A DNA stretch of 64,000 bases from Camelus dromedarius (lineage: Eukaryota): assembly GCF_036321535.1 (NCBI RefSeq), contig NC_087455.1:5642001-5706000 (forward strand), in the 5' to 3' direction. How positions within the stretch are numbered: position 1 is the first letter of the stretch; every line of letters begins with the position of its first letter. This document shows positions 51,760-64,000 of this stretch, piece after piece. The position numbers were made by a program, and so were the translations under genes. The notes beneath the pieces are model-generated. The model was not told the origin of the DNA, ran no database searches, and saw only the letters and a list, made by a program, of their open reading frames with translations.

Positions 51760-52280
51760 CAACTAAAACGAAACCTAGAACACAGCACACAGGCACAGAG
51801 GGAAGGAACTGTCTTACAAAATCTAAATGTTTATTAAAAATGCTCAAAAAGACATCTGAGAAAGACTGTAAAATAAGGGCTACTGTAACAGATGAACAAT
51901 GTGATTTATTTCTACAGAGGTAGGTCTGAAGCAGGACGTGAGAAACGAGAGAGGAGATAAAGAAATTTAAAAAATTTAAAAAATGTGTGGACACAGTATA
52001 AAGTATACCTCTCAAGGCAACTGAAGAGCTAAGAAACTGAGAAAGGAAGGAGGCGGTGGGGGGCGGCAGTCCACGGTGCGTCCCATGGTGACGACAAGGG
52101 TAGGTGCTCGCTACAGGGTGGCGTTGGGTGTCCTGAGATCTCAAGTCAGCAGCGAAGAAGCGTCCCCACCCACGGGCCCTCGCACTGTGTTACATACACG
52201 TGTAAAACAGATGCATGTGCGTGTGTATGTGCATGTCTGTATTTGTATAGTATGTATACATTTATTTATTTAAAAATTTA
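51760..52280 (+). mobile_element. Old L1M (L1MC/ME-type) 3' UTR
   Basis: aagggctactgtaacagatgaacaatgtgatttatttctacagagg...tgtgtatgtgcatgtctgtatttgtatag. Confidence 0.55.
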
Positions 52281-52784
52281 TACTTGTTCTATCACTGGTT
52301 AATATTTCAGTACTTACTTAGGTCAAGAGATTCATCATTAATGATACTTGACATAGAAAAACAGGTCCCATTCTGAGATGACCCTCCTACATGAGACGGG
52401 ACCCCAACTGCTCCCCCCGTCCTGGTGCGGAGCCCGCGCTGGGCGCAGGGGAAGGAGCGGCTCGTCTGTTTTCTCGCTTGTTTCCATTGCATCTGTAGTG
52501 GCCTTTAAGTCACAGGCTCTTCTGCAATTATCTTTGCCCATTTAAAGTTTACGTTAACTACAACGAGGACACGCAATCCAAGAATCCATAACCAGGCACA
52601 TGTAACAGTTACATGCCCCGAGTACTGAAAGCAAATGAGTAATTAAAACTTGGTGGGATCTTCCGCCCTGGAGAATCCCCTCTTTTACCTTGGGATCCTG
52701 TCTCAGTGTGCACACAACTGTGCGGCACTCACATGAGCCACTCATGGCACTAGCATTAACTCACGTACTAAATATTAATCAATT

Positions 52785-53010
52785 GTAATTTCTTGAACAA
52801 GAGCATGGACTCCGGAGCCAGATTTCTGGGGTTCAAAGGCTTGTTACTCACTAACTGTGTAACATTTAGCAAGGTACTTTACTTGTCTGTTCTTTATTTT
52901 TTTCATATGTGAACAGGAGATAATCATTCCCTTCTCCTAAAACTGTAAAGATTAATACACATAAAATTATTACATGCAAGGTCCTTAAAACAGTGCCTTA
53001 TATGATTCCC
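52785..53010 (+). mobile_element. MIR SINE
   Basis: aagagcatggactccggagccagatttctggggttcaaa...cactaactgtgtaacatttagcaagg...gtaaagattaa...cttaaaacagtgcct. Confidence 0.8.
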
Positions 53011-53876
53011 TAAAGCCACATATATACCTTAAAAGAGACATTCTAGCACGTCCTTGTAGCACCCAAATGTAAAACTATACGTGACATCTCTCTTTGGAAA
53101 ACATCACCCCACGCTCGCTATCCAGACCTCACTGAGGAGAAGGAACTAAGCCCTCCAGGAACACAGTTGGTCTGTCATCTCCACATTCACCCAATTCCTG
53201 CCCAATGGCAAGACTGAAAAGAAAAGAAACGAGGTTCCTTTTACCTGTCTTCTCTCTGCTAATTAAAAAGTTTAGGCTCCAATAATTCCACCAAAACACA
53301 CAATGATTAGTTAAATAAATCCAGCTTTTAGATGGCATTCAGAGTACTGATCTCATCTCAATTAAGCCAATGTCATAACTGCGGAATTCCAAACAGTAGT
53401 AAACCTAACAACAGACTCGGGACCACGACACTCACATGAAATGGAGCAGCCTCTTCGGTAACAAGACACCTGTTTCTTAGGGTAGTTAGTAACTGAGTCA
53501 AGTTACGTTACTGACAATAATTCTCATGATTCTGATAATCACCTCTAAAGACAATAATCACTTTTCACATGGGAAGCTGAATTTCCTGGGAATAAAAGTC
53601 ATTCCAAATTTGTATTTAAATCAACCATTCCTAAATATTAAGAGGACTTTAAAAAAAGGTAAGATCTTTAATAATGCAGAATACTTTCTACTATATATTC
53701 TACTTGTTTATTTGTATCTGTCATAAATCTTTCAGGGCTCCTCCTAGCCTCACAAAAGTCTACTGCACAAGTGCAGCACTGAAGGCTTTCCACCCTAGCC
53801 ATCACCACCGCAAGGAATCCACAACCTGCTACTCCCCATAATTAAATCCTTCTGGCCCAACAGTTACTCCGCCCAT

Positions 53877-53892
53877 CCCCCCCCCCCCCCCC
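53877..53892. repeat. C16 homopolymer (G16 on the gene strand)
   Basis: Direct read. Confidence 0.9.
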
Positions 53893-54589
53893 GATCTCTG
53901 CTTGGTAACATCCTGAACTTACACTCAACGACTACTTTAATTCCACCTGTAACTTTCTCCAGAAATAACTCTCCCTCACTCTTTTAAATTCTTGCACTGT
54001 CCATCTCCCTCTTACTTTAGTTCAGTCTCTTCCCTGTATTATTTAGTAAAATTTACTGTTTCTCCCGTTAGATTGTAAATCCCTGAGAGTAATTAGGACC
54101 CATATTTGATTCATCATGTTTCCGGCATAATGATTTCTCAATAAATACTTGTGGAATGAAAGTTCGTTTTACCCCAAATCAAATGGCACTAGTCACCATA
54201 ATTTTTACTGATTTTCTTTGCCGCAGTAATTATTGCTGCATATTAAAGCTACAGATAAATACTATTACTTAAACTTAGTAGTTTGCCAACCACAAATCAC
54301 TAAGTATTAATGGTAGCGGTTGAGATTATTTGGTATTGCTCCATTTATTGCAATTTTAACATAGTATCTACTTCCAAATGGTAAACAGCCCCACTCATTT
54401 AGACATCAGCAACTCTAAAAACCAATCAAGTACAGTAACACAAGTGACTTCTTCAGGAGGTGATATGGAGAAAATCACACACACAGGCACGCAGAAGTGA
54501 GACACCACCTGAAACAGTCTACTTTGTGTACTTGTTACCCCTGTATGCTCAAAACTGGATTATATTCTTTGGGTGGGGGTGGGGGGATG

Positions 54590-55100
54590 GGTGGATAACA
54601 AAATAAGACAAGCAATGCAGCCTATATGTAAATAAGTTTGGAATTGTTAATCCAGAAAGCCCCAGACTGCAACAGTCTGGCTGCAAGTGTGAAGAATGGG
54701 ACGGAGGATTTGAAACCAGCTAAGAGGCTATCACAAAAGCCTGGGTGACGGATGGCAGTCGTCTAAACTAAGGAGCGGCAACGGAATGCAGAGATAGAAA
54801 TAAATGAGAATAAATTTAGGAAGTAGAAGTAATAAACTATATGTCATGGTATTTCAAGAATGAAGGGGGAGAGATAAAGGAAGAAGTCAGTAGACAAAAA
54901 TGATGTGCTAGTTTTAGGCAACGGGCTCTTAGGTACATTTGCTGTCTGCCATTCACTGAAATATGGGACACAGGGAAAGGTCCAGGTTTGCCAAGAGGAG
55001 AGGGTGTGAAGTTCACTTATGGAATATTCATGTGGATGTGGTTCAGGAAGCATTTAGCCTGATGAGAGAGAGAGTGGAGATGTGACATCTGGCGTCAGAA
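54590..55100 (-). mobile_element. L2 LINE fragment
   Basis: Purine-rich accagctaagaggctatcacaaaagcctgggtgacggatggcag...ctgccattcactgaaatatggga is a reverse L2 body. Confidence 0.65.
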
Positions 55101-56572
55101 AGCTAGGAGACCGCAGAACCAGCACATGTAACAAAGAGGACTGACCCCTAAACCTGACTGCCTTCCCCCTGTAACTGTGTCTCAGGATCAATGTATACAC
55201 TTCGTGCCCCTTGTTGCCTGTAATTATGTGTCAATTTCTTGTTTTGATAAAAGTTCATAGTTTAGTCCATTGAATGACTATCAGCCATTTTACTCCACTG
55301 GGTGGGGGTAGGGGGTCCCAAAAGAGAGGGGTTAAGCTTTGTTCATATTTCCGGGGTCCACCAGCACACTTGTGCAATGTTCAGTTGATCCAACTGGGAG
55401 GTCCCTCATGGGACCCAGAGCCAAAACAGTCAGTACAATAGCACTGAAGACATCTAAGCCAGTCACACACGGCTAAGCACTAAAAATGTTTTACCTTTTG
55501 GCTCTGCAGTGCTCATAAGGGTCTATCCTTTACCACCTCTCAACAGTGAGCACTGATGGAATAAAAGATTTACACAGAACAAGATTCATCACAGACTTCA
55601 ATTTCTTAATGTACTGCACTGTGACCAAAGTACATACATGGAACGTCTAGTCTTTTAAATGTAATGAAATTTTCTGGGGCTTATATATAACCAAATTATG
55701 TAATTACTTATTTGACTCAATAAAATAGTAGCAGTAATAACAATAAATGCCCAAAACAACATGAGTAAATTCTTTCACGAGCCCCTCAATATATGTGTGG
55801 CTGTTTTTGGAGTCCACTTAACAAATCTAAGTTCAAGTGCTACTTTCTGGGTTAATACTTAAGCATTTAAAGTAAGTAAGGGAAAAGTCACAACATAAGT
55901 TAAGATTTGAAATTCCTTTACAATACTTTTTGAATGCTATCCTATTTACAAATACCACCTTAACTAACTTTCCGATTCTCATGGCACAGGGGCCCAGAGA
56001 AGACCTCGGAGACGAGGACAAAGGTAGCCTCTGAAGCCATGTTCCTCTCATCTCTCCTGACAGCTGTGTGGCTCCAGTCCCCTCTGAAAACACGGGTTGT
56101 CGATGACGGCAGAGGGCTGGCCTGGAAGGGACTTTGCTCCTTCAGTTTCCGAAGGTTCTATAATCCAGAGAGGCCTTTCTGTTTCACCACAGGGTCCCCT
56201 GACTGAATGGATACTAGGAGGGACACTGACTGTGACTTACCATAAATATATGCATCTTTAAGTAATTATTTTTAATGTCAGGCTTCCTCGACGCCAACAA
56301 GTTTCAAAGTCCCCTGCAACCAGCCACATGAGCTTCGGTGCCAGCACTCAAGGACTGACTAGCAAGTGCAGGACCACGTCATGCCCGCAAGCAAACCATC
56401 AACTGAAATCGTTTCCAACAATTAAACACCTGGAGAAGCACCCCTCACATTGTAAAGCAGCTCACAGGTCACCTTCTGGTCTAACGTCAAGCCCCGCACT
56501 GGCTGACTCCACTCCATACCCTGCTCTGTCATCAATGAGTTTATAAATCCCCAATAAAAATTGGCACATCTT

Positions 56573-56689
56573 TTTTTTTTTTTTTTTTGATTAGGTTTAT
56601 TTCTATTTGGAGGAGGTACTGGGGATTGAACCCGGGACCTTGTGCATATTAAGCATGTGCTCTACCACTTGAGCTATACCCTCCATCCT
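56573..56689 (-). mobile_element. Camelid tRNA-derived SINE (Vic-1-like) with poly(A) tail
   Basis: Minus strand ggagggtatagctcaagtggtagagcacatgcttaatatgcacaaggtcccgggttcaatccccagtacctcc...A-tail. Approximate TSD aaaattggcacatctt (56557-56572) / aaaatcagcacaatctt (56690-56706). Confidence 0.9.
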
Positions 56690-56719
56690 AAAATCAGCAC
56701 ATCTTATTGAAACTAACCT

Positions 56720-57065
56720 GCTCAGCCAAGTACAATGGCTGGTGGTTTCTCAAACCCCTTGCCCTGTGTCTCCCTGTCACGGCCACCTTCATCTCACCCT
56801 GTCTGACTTCTGACCCCGACCCAGCCAGTGCCTCTAGAGCCTTCGGGAGGGCTTCTGTGAGAGGGCCAGCATGCTCCCCTGACTTTCCAGGGCACCCCAG
56901 CACTGACCTCCTCACACGGTGATACACTCATTAAGTTATTCACCTGTATTCCTCACAAAACTGAGAGGCTCCTGTGACAAAAGAACGTGTCTTAATCAGT
57001 TTTGCTTTCCCAGCACTATTCCTGGCTCAGAGAAGACCCCAATGGATGTTAGGTATACGAATGGA
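56720..57065 (+). mobile_element. L2 LINE 3' end
   Basis: gaggctcctgtgacaaaagaacgtgtcttaatcagttttgctttcccagcactattcctggctcagagaagacccc. Confidence 0.65.
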
Positions 57066-58109
57066 TCGATGGGTCCAATGATGAAGGAAACACTGAATTA
57101 AAAAATCAGTGTAAAATCTAAACCACAAGGCATCTAAAGGTCCTCACAGACAGGGCGTCTTGTTCCAATGCTGATTTGGCACTTACATCAACTCTGTTAT
57201 ATCTAGTCATGCCCAGGACCAAGGGTTGGGGTCTGTCCACAGGAAAACTATGGAGGACAGTTTCTATAGCTTAGTCTTAAAAAACAAAAACAAACAAAAA
57301 GAACCTCATGAAACACTGTTCACTTTGAGTTTTACACTTTCCAAGCTCTCACATACACTCATGAGAGCAAATGTATTTGGGGTTTTAATACTAGGAGACT
57401 CATGTTCAGTGTCGTGCCATTAAAAGAGTGTTGAAGTGGTTCATTAAGAGAAGAGAAATTATTCAATTAATGGAAATTGTTTTATTAGACATTAGAAGCT
57501 GGAAGTGTCAAGTCAGCATCAATTCCATGCCGAGCTGCACTCTGCCCGCTGCTGTTCCGGGGGCACGTACTGCCAGTGCTGCCAGCGTCCTCTGGCTCAG
57601 TCTATTAACTGACACCAGCATGAAAGCTTTCTTAGAACTGACGCAAGTGCTGTATTAGCCTTTACATGGGGCTGGCTTGAAACTTGAGAAATTATAAGCA
57701 GAAATATCCTTTTCCAAATTCTGAAAGCAGATTTCTAAGCAGCCTACTTCAGACATCATAAGTGCTTGAGATGAACTCTGCTCTCTGTGAGGCACAGAAA
57801 TTATAATTTGTCTTCCCCTACTCTCATCAAAGCTGACACTGAAAAACAATACTTGAGATTTTCTTTCATACACTTAACTCATATACTTTACTCCATATCC
57901 TCACTCATACACAACAGAGTATTGACTTCAGATTAACCATCTACTGGACTATGGACTATTTAAAGACAGGGACAGAGTCTGGTCACCTTTCCACCTGCTG
58001 CACACTGAGCATGGAGAGCATATCAAGCATGGTGAATCAACTTATAAAAGTCTCCATAAGCCATGCTTTGCTTAGTAATTAGCATGTCAATAAAATGTTC
58101 GTAACAGTT

Positions 58110-61100
58110 TTCTGTTTACTAAAAGGTATATCCTCAGTTTTGCAAATATGACTAAGTACCTAACAGGCTGAATGTCCATAGGTAACAACTATAAACTGTT
58201 AAACACTGAACAAAATACAAAAAGCAACTATCTAAACCCTCTGGAGAATGATGAAAAAACAAGGGAATTCTGGAAGGGAGTCAAGACTTGGAAGAAGGGA
58301 ACGGTCGAATTTACTGACTTTAGAGCTTTTAGTCTGAGTAGCAGAGTTAGAGGCAACCATAGTGCTGAACTGTGTGGGAGGAACACTAGAAATGACAGTT
58401 AGACTTGGGGAACCCAAATTCTGTAAATAAAATCTGCCAAAATCCCTAACTGACCCCTGAATCACATATGCCAAAAATAAATGCAAAAAGTCAAACTAAG
58501 AAATGAACTGAGATTTGCACTCCAACCCAGCAAAGTCTGCAGTCCAAATCCAAAAATATCCACATTCCTCTAAGAAACATAACAGAATCCAGTTTCCACA
58601 ATATAACACTCACAATATCCAGTACACAATCCAAAATTACTCAACATACAAAAAAATGGGAAAAGTATGACTCATTATCAAGATAAAAGAGTCAACTCTA
58701 AGATGAGTAAGATTTTAGAATGAGACTTAAAAGCACCTATTTTAATTGTGCTCAACAAAACAAGATAATACAACACCTACAATAAACAGAAAATCTCAGG
58801 AGAGAATAAATGTTTTCAAATACATACATTTATATATGAATCAAATATAAATTCTGAAACAACTAATCACATCTGATACAAAAATGTTATCTGACAGGCT
58901 TAACAAAAAAATAAAATAAAATAAAGATAACATAGAAAAGAATCAACGAGTTTAAGATACAGCAGTAGAAGTTATCCAAATTGAAGAATAGGGGGTAAAA
59001 CCTAATAACAAAAATGAACAGTCATAGGAATCTTCTCAAGAATATCAAAAGGTTGAAAGTATGCGTACTTAACGTCTCAAAAGGTAGGGAGTGAGAGGAT
59101 CAGAAAAGTATTTGAAGAAGCAATAGCTGAAATAATATGATGAAATATTATGAAATCCCTTGAAAAACACAAAACAATTTTCACAAAAGATGAAACAGAA
59201 ACTCTGATTAGTGCCTTGTCAATTAAAGACAATGAAGAATTTACATTTGGTTCATATGTAAATATACGCATTTGAAAACATTTTTTCACCATCAAACTCC
59301 AGGCCTGGATGGCTTCCCTAAGCGAATTCTAATACTAAAGAAGAAACAGCACCAAACTGACATCTATGCTTTGAAACAAAAAGGGGAAACAAAAACTTCT
59401 CCCCTATTTTTATAATATGTAGACAAATATACCTACATGTTTTATATGTAGATATAAAAATTTTAGGCCAGTATCACTCATGAATATAGATGCATTTGAA
59501 TCCAACAATGTATAAAAAGGATAATACCAAGTAGGGCTTAACCCAGGAATGCAAAGTTGGTTTGAGTCAGACAAACTGATCAATAAAATTCACTGTATTA
59601 ACAGTATAAATGAGTAACATCCTGTGTTCATTTCAACAGATGTAGAAATTTATCAACAAAATTCATCATCCAGTCAGTATCAAATCTCTCAGCAAAACTG
59701 AAATAGAAGGGAACTTCCTCTACCTGATAAAAGGCATATACAAAACCCCCGCAGCTGTTAACCATGCTTAATGGTAAAATACTGAATGTTTTCCTGATAC
59801 TGATGGGGAACCGGAGAAAAATGCCTAATCTCATCACTTGTATGCAAGTGTTATACTAGAGATCCTGGCCAATACAATAATACAAGCTAAGTAAATAAAA
59901 AGTATAAAAATTGGAACAGAAGAACTAAACTGTCTATGCAGATGATACGATTATGTACACAGCATATTCTAAGGTATCTATGAAACAACTTAATAGAACA
60001 AGTAAATTTATTAGCAAGGTAGCAGAATACAAGGTCAAAACACAAAAGTTTGCGAGAGGTAAAAAACTGGAAAATAAAATTCTGAAATATTCATTTTACA
60101 ACAGTGTTCAAAAACCATAAAATATTTAGGAATAAGTTTAACAAAAGACAAGACCTTTACCCTGAAAAGGACAAAACGCTGATAGAAATTTCAAAAATCT
60201 AAAAAAATGGAAAGATGTATCACATTCAACGGAGGGGAGACTCAATATTACTTAGATGTCAGATCTCCCTGAACTGATCAACAGATTTAATGCAAATGCA
60301 GTCATAATCCCAGCAGAATGTTTTGTGAAAATTAATAAAATAATTCTTAAATTTATACAGAATTACAAAGGATCTATGTCCAAGCAATCCTGAAAAAGGA
60401 CAAAGCTGAAGGGACATTGCCTAACTTCATGTCTTACTATAAAAAGCTAGTCATGAGACACTGTGGCACCAGCATAACGATCCATCAATGGATCAATGAA
60501 ACAAAATAGAAAGTGCAGAAACACGCCCTCACTTACATAGTCGTCCAATTTCCATCAAAGGTCCCGACAATCAGCGGGAGTAAAATATCTCTGAACAAAT
60601 GATACAGAAAAAACTGGACATCCATATGACGAAAAGAATGTATTCTGACTGTCTATCTCACACCATACACAAAAAAGAATCTGAGATGTATCACAGACAT
60701 AAAACGGACAAATCTAATACAATGCTATACAATGCTATGATAAAGGTTTTAGAGGAAACACAGGAGACTGTCTTATAACTTATAAAGGACTCTAACATTC
60801 CCTTTAGGTTGGCAAAGATTTCTTCATTGGCAGAAGGTAAAAATCATAAAAGAAAAACCCAACACATTAGATGTCATCAAAATCAGATATATAAACGGCC
60901 AATAAGTGCATGAAAAAGTATACAAAATCATTCGTCATTAGGGAAATGCAAATTAACACAAGAAAATATCAGCACACTATCAGAATGGCTGAAATTAAAG
61001 AGACTGACATCATCAAATGCGGATGCAGACATGGAGCAACCACAACTCTGCATGCATTGTTCTAGAAATATCACAAGAACCACCATTTGGGAAAAAAATT

Positions 61101-61500
61101 ATGACAATTTATTATAAAACTAAATACACAGCAATTTAAATCCTAATTATTTACTGAAAACAAATGAAAACATATGGTCATAAAATGACTTGTACAAAAA
61201 TGTTCACAGCAATTTAATTATAATAATTCCAAAGTGAAAACTGCCTGGGCAGATGTACAAATAAATTATGGTATATTCAAATAATGAACTACTGTTCTGC
61301 AATCAAAAGAAATTAACTACTGATACATACAACAGCGTGCACAGATCGTGTACACAGACACTCAAAGAAAAAAGCAGAGTGAAAAGAGACCAATTTAGGC
61401 CAAATCTAAGAAGATGACCAAGATTTTAGAATTAGATGGACTTTAAAGCACCTGTTAGAACTGTGCTCAATGACATGAAATAACACTTGCAATGAATAAA
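58110..61500 (+). mobile_element. Ancient, internally deleted L1M(E) spanning 5' region, ORF1, ORF2 and 3' UTR
   Basis: ORF2 motifs caggcctggatggcttccct, acccaggaatgcaaagttgg, atagaagggaacttcctctacctgataaaaggcata and atctcacaccatacacaaaa; 3' ataaattatggtatattcaaataatgaactac. Confidence 0.85.
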
Positions 61501-61509
61501 AATCGATCT

Positions 61510-61700
61510 TTTTTCTAGAATAATTATAAACTACTTTAAACATTTATGTGCTCTATACTAAGCATTTAACATGGATAATCTTATTTCTTAGCAATCCAAC
61601 CTCATCTTACAAATGAAGACACCACAGCAGGAAGACGCTAACAGGCTGTCCACAGTCCAAAGTGTGACTCAGGAGCATCATTTTTAGGCTCCATAACTCA
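61510..61700 (-). mobile_element. MIR SINE
   Basis: catttatgtgctctatactaagcatttaacatggataatcttattt...catcttacaaatgaagacacc. Confidence 0.6.
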
Positions 61701-61874
61701 CACCGAAGTCAAACAGAAAGAACAGAATCACTAAGTACATTTTTAACTAATTTTAAAAGCATGCCTTTTGGGATGGGGGCGGGGTGTTGTGCTAAAGAAA
61801 ACACCAAACAGAGTAACATCTGCTCCCCTGTGATACAGCTGAACACACCTGCAGGGCAGACCTCACTGGCTTAC

Positions 61875-61993
61875 CTTAGGGAACTGTTTTACGGGAATTA
61901 GCACTTTCTGTCCCAGCTTCATGTTCTTATTAATCACCACATCAATGTACTTCTCTTCGTCCTTGCTTTCTCCTTTTTGAAACTTTTCTATTT
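61875..61993 (-). CDS. KHDRBS3: KHDRBS3 exon 2 (119 nt, phase 1->0): (E)[42 protein letters not shown]1 end / KH start
   Basis: Acceptor is a T-tract ending cctccacag; donor AAG|GTAAGC. Peptide matches the SLM2 sequence as I recall it and is partly visible in ORF 61863..62084(-). Confidence 0.98.
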
Positions 61994-62748
61994 CTGTGGA
62001 GGAAAAAAAAAAAAAAGTAACAGTGAAGTGTCTGACAGATTCCAGAGGCCGGGAGTTCTCAGCTGTACTGTGGCATGAAATCAAATACAGGATACGGACT
62101 TTAGATGGCTACAATGTTCCCAAGTGATGACATGGGTCCCATTTTATCAGTAATTCTTCACCTGTACAGTGGGAAAAACGCACATGCCATTGCTCTACAG
62201 AGTCAAATCGCCACTGCCCCAGCTAATGGAGGGGAACTCTGGACCAGCCAACAAACACAAACATACAAATAAGTTCTTTGAGGCCTCTGGAATCCTAGAA
62301 GGCTGATCACATAGCAAAGAAAAGCCAGAAAGTATTCTCAGTGCAGCATTACCAAGTACTGACATCCCTGTTTATCAACCCTGCCTGGCTCTCCAAGGCG
62401 GATCGCATCAAGAATCGATTCTCTAAGATGACATTAAAAGCCCTAGACAACCTTCTGTCAGTCGACCTCCCCAACCAAATCTTCTCACAGGTGACATGGA
62501 CCAACTACAAGTTCATGTCTTTGTTAACACTCTTTTCTCGACCTGTGATGCTATTCTGATGATCTGTTTCATACACCTCCTTCAAGATTCGACCACATTA
62601 AATACTACTGTTTACGGGCGACCCTCCTTTCCTCCACAGAGCAGAGCAGGAGAGGGAGACTCAATCACTCCCACCGCGACACTCACAAAGCACTTTATAC
62701 CCAAGTCTGCTCTCACTCCCAGGTGAAAAAAACAATGTGGCGCCCCTC

Positions 62749-63093
62749 TGCTACAGACAGTCTCTGTGCCCACACCATTCATACATTGGAATGAGTGATG
62801 GCACTAGGAGGCAGGTCTTCAGGGAGGAATCAGATCTGAAGTTAGAGCTCACAGGAAGGGACAGCCACCCTGAGAAGACGCCCCACGGAGCTCCTTCACC
62901 CCTTCTGCCACAGAGGACACAGGGAGAAGATCGCCATCTGTGGACCAGGAGGTGGAACTTCACCTGACACCGAATCAGCACGCATGCTGACCTTGGACTT
63001 CCAGCCTCCAGCACTGGGAGGAACACATTTCTTTTGTTTATAAGCCACCCAGTCTATGATGTTCTGCTCCAGCGGTATGACTGGAGTAAGATA
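62749..63093 (+). mobile_element. MaLR solo LTR, MLT1A0-like
   Basis: tgctacagacag...gtgatggcactaggaggcagg...gaccttggacttccagcctccagcactg...ttataagccacccagtctatga...gagtaagata. Confidence 0.9.
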
Positions 63094-63129
63094 ACAGTCA
63101 CCGGAACATAAACTTCTTTTAGGTAAAAA

Positions 63130-63400
63130 TTTTTTCATCATTCAACAAACATCAACTACTAAGCACCTACTATGTGCAAGTTCCACATCTAGGAAAATAT
63201 CAGTATGCTGTTTCCTCTCATTATTGCCTATAGCATTTGGCTGGACAAAGGGTACACAAATAGGTGCACGAGGCACCGCTGCACAGATGATGACATGGAC
63301 TTGCACACCACAGACTGACCACAAGGTAGCCAGGTTCAGAGAAGGGACCAAAGTAGGGAGAAGGAAGGAGAGATGCTACCCGTTGTATAAAGGGACACAC
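63130..63400 (-). mobile_element. L2 LINE 3' end
   Basis: tcatcattcaacaaacatcaactactaagcacctactatgtgcaag is a reverse L2 tail. Confidence 0.7.
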
Positions 63401-64000
63401 ATATTTATTTCTTTTGCTTGTAGAGCTGGGAATATTTAAATTTAATATGCATCATATTCATGACAAAATTCAATCCTCATAACACATGACAATGGAAATT
63501 CAGAAAAGTTACTTTGCTGATAATTGGCAGAGGTAGGATTTACCCCCAGGTCTGTCTGTCTCTAAAGACAGTGTGCACTGCAGTCTCTTTCATTGTTTTT
63601 TTATGCCCCATCAGACAGATCTGTTGGTGTTGGAGAGTTGGTTGGTGTCAGACAGCACAATACAAGAGGGATAAGGAGCAATGGGGGAGAGACAAGGGGG
63701 AAAGGACCCGAAGATAAAAAAAGGGTGGCAAGAGGAAGGAACAGCCAGTTAGCTCTGTAGCTTCTGACCAAAGCTGCTAAGAATAAAGATAAATACGAAA
63801 TCTCCAAATAAACTGATTATTTTGTCTGCTGTCTTGTATTATCCTATGTTCTGATCCCGTAAAACTGATCATTCTATACAGAATCTACATGGGAATAATA
63901 TACATCGAAACAGAAATATGTTAAATGTAAAACTTAGCATAGGTAATTCTTGTTACTACTGTCCAAAAAAAAAAAAAACCCTTTGAAGGGTACTTTTAAT

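Larger units (their letters stand above)
1..64000 (-). other. KHDRBS3: Gene body of KHDRBS3 (partial: intron 1 through intron 7)
   Basis: Six in-frame spliced exons on the minus strand encode the STAR/KH, RG/proline-rich and tyrosine-rich regions in order. The start-codon exon and terminal exons are not in the window. Confidence 0.97.

Noticed and set aside
53489-53511. AP-1 site TGAGTCA flanked by a short GTAAC/GTTAC inverted repeat
   Set aside because: Seven-mers like this occur several times in the window at about the chance rate, and there is no supporting context.
56241-56420. Strong minus-strand donor ATG|GTAAGT in intron 2
   Set aside because: I found no acceptor with a convincing polypyrimidine tract at exon-sized distance upstream.
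56573-56689. tRNA-like sequence with A and B boxes (also at 46767-46913)
   Set aside because: Poly(A) tail, TSDs and the family-typical 3' extension identify these as SINEs, not tRNA genes.
46767-56689. Two SINEs flanking exon 3 as possible circRNA-promoting inverted pair
   Set aside because: Both are in the same orientation, so they cannot base-pair across the exon.
1-64000. CRISPR arrays, operons, rRNA, snoRNA/miRNA genes, NUMTs, processed pseudogenes
   Set aside because: This is eukaryotic intronic DNA. I found no regularly spaced repeats, no convincing C/D or H/ACA box pairs with terminal stems, and no mitochondrial or retrocopy-like sequence. An Infernal/Rfam scan would be needed to exclude small ncRNAs formally.

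Overview
Mammalian genomic DNA, most likely camelid (Camelus/Vicugna/Lama), judged from two copies of the camelid tRNA-derived SINE. The whole window lies inside one minus-strand gene, KHDRBS3 (SLM2/T-STAR), a STAR-family KH-domain RNA-binding splicing regulator. Six coding exons are present (exons 2-7 by the human numbering I recall): 61875-61993, 47491-47607, 43594-43740, 31700-31839, 23555-23750 and 3676-3758. All have AG/GT boundaries and join into one open frame. The first exon lies beyond the right edge and the last exons beyond the left edge. The introns hold old mammalian repeats (L1M, L2, MIR, MLT1/ERV LTRs, Tigger-type DNA transposons), a few younger cetartiodactyl/camelid insertions, and four N-gaps of 134-143 nt. 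Repeat family names come from recalled consensus sequences and their boundaries are approximate. No CRISPR array, rRNA, true tRNA or second protein-coding gene is supported, and the ORF-track entries are shadow or repeat ORFs. I found no convincing new biological system. The best leads are a perfect 20-bp-stem hairpin with a CUAAC loop downstream of exon 3, two candidate poison (AS-NMD) exons in intron 6, and an apparent AT-to-GC skew in exon 6 amino-acid changes.
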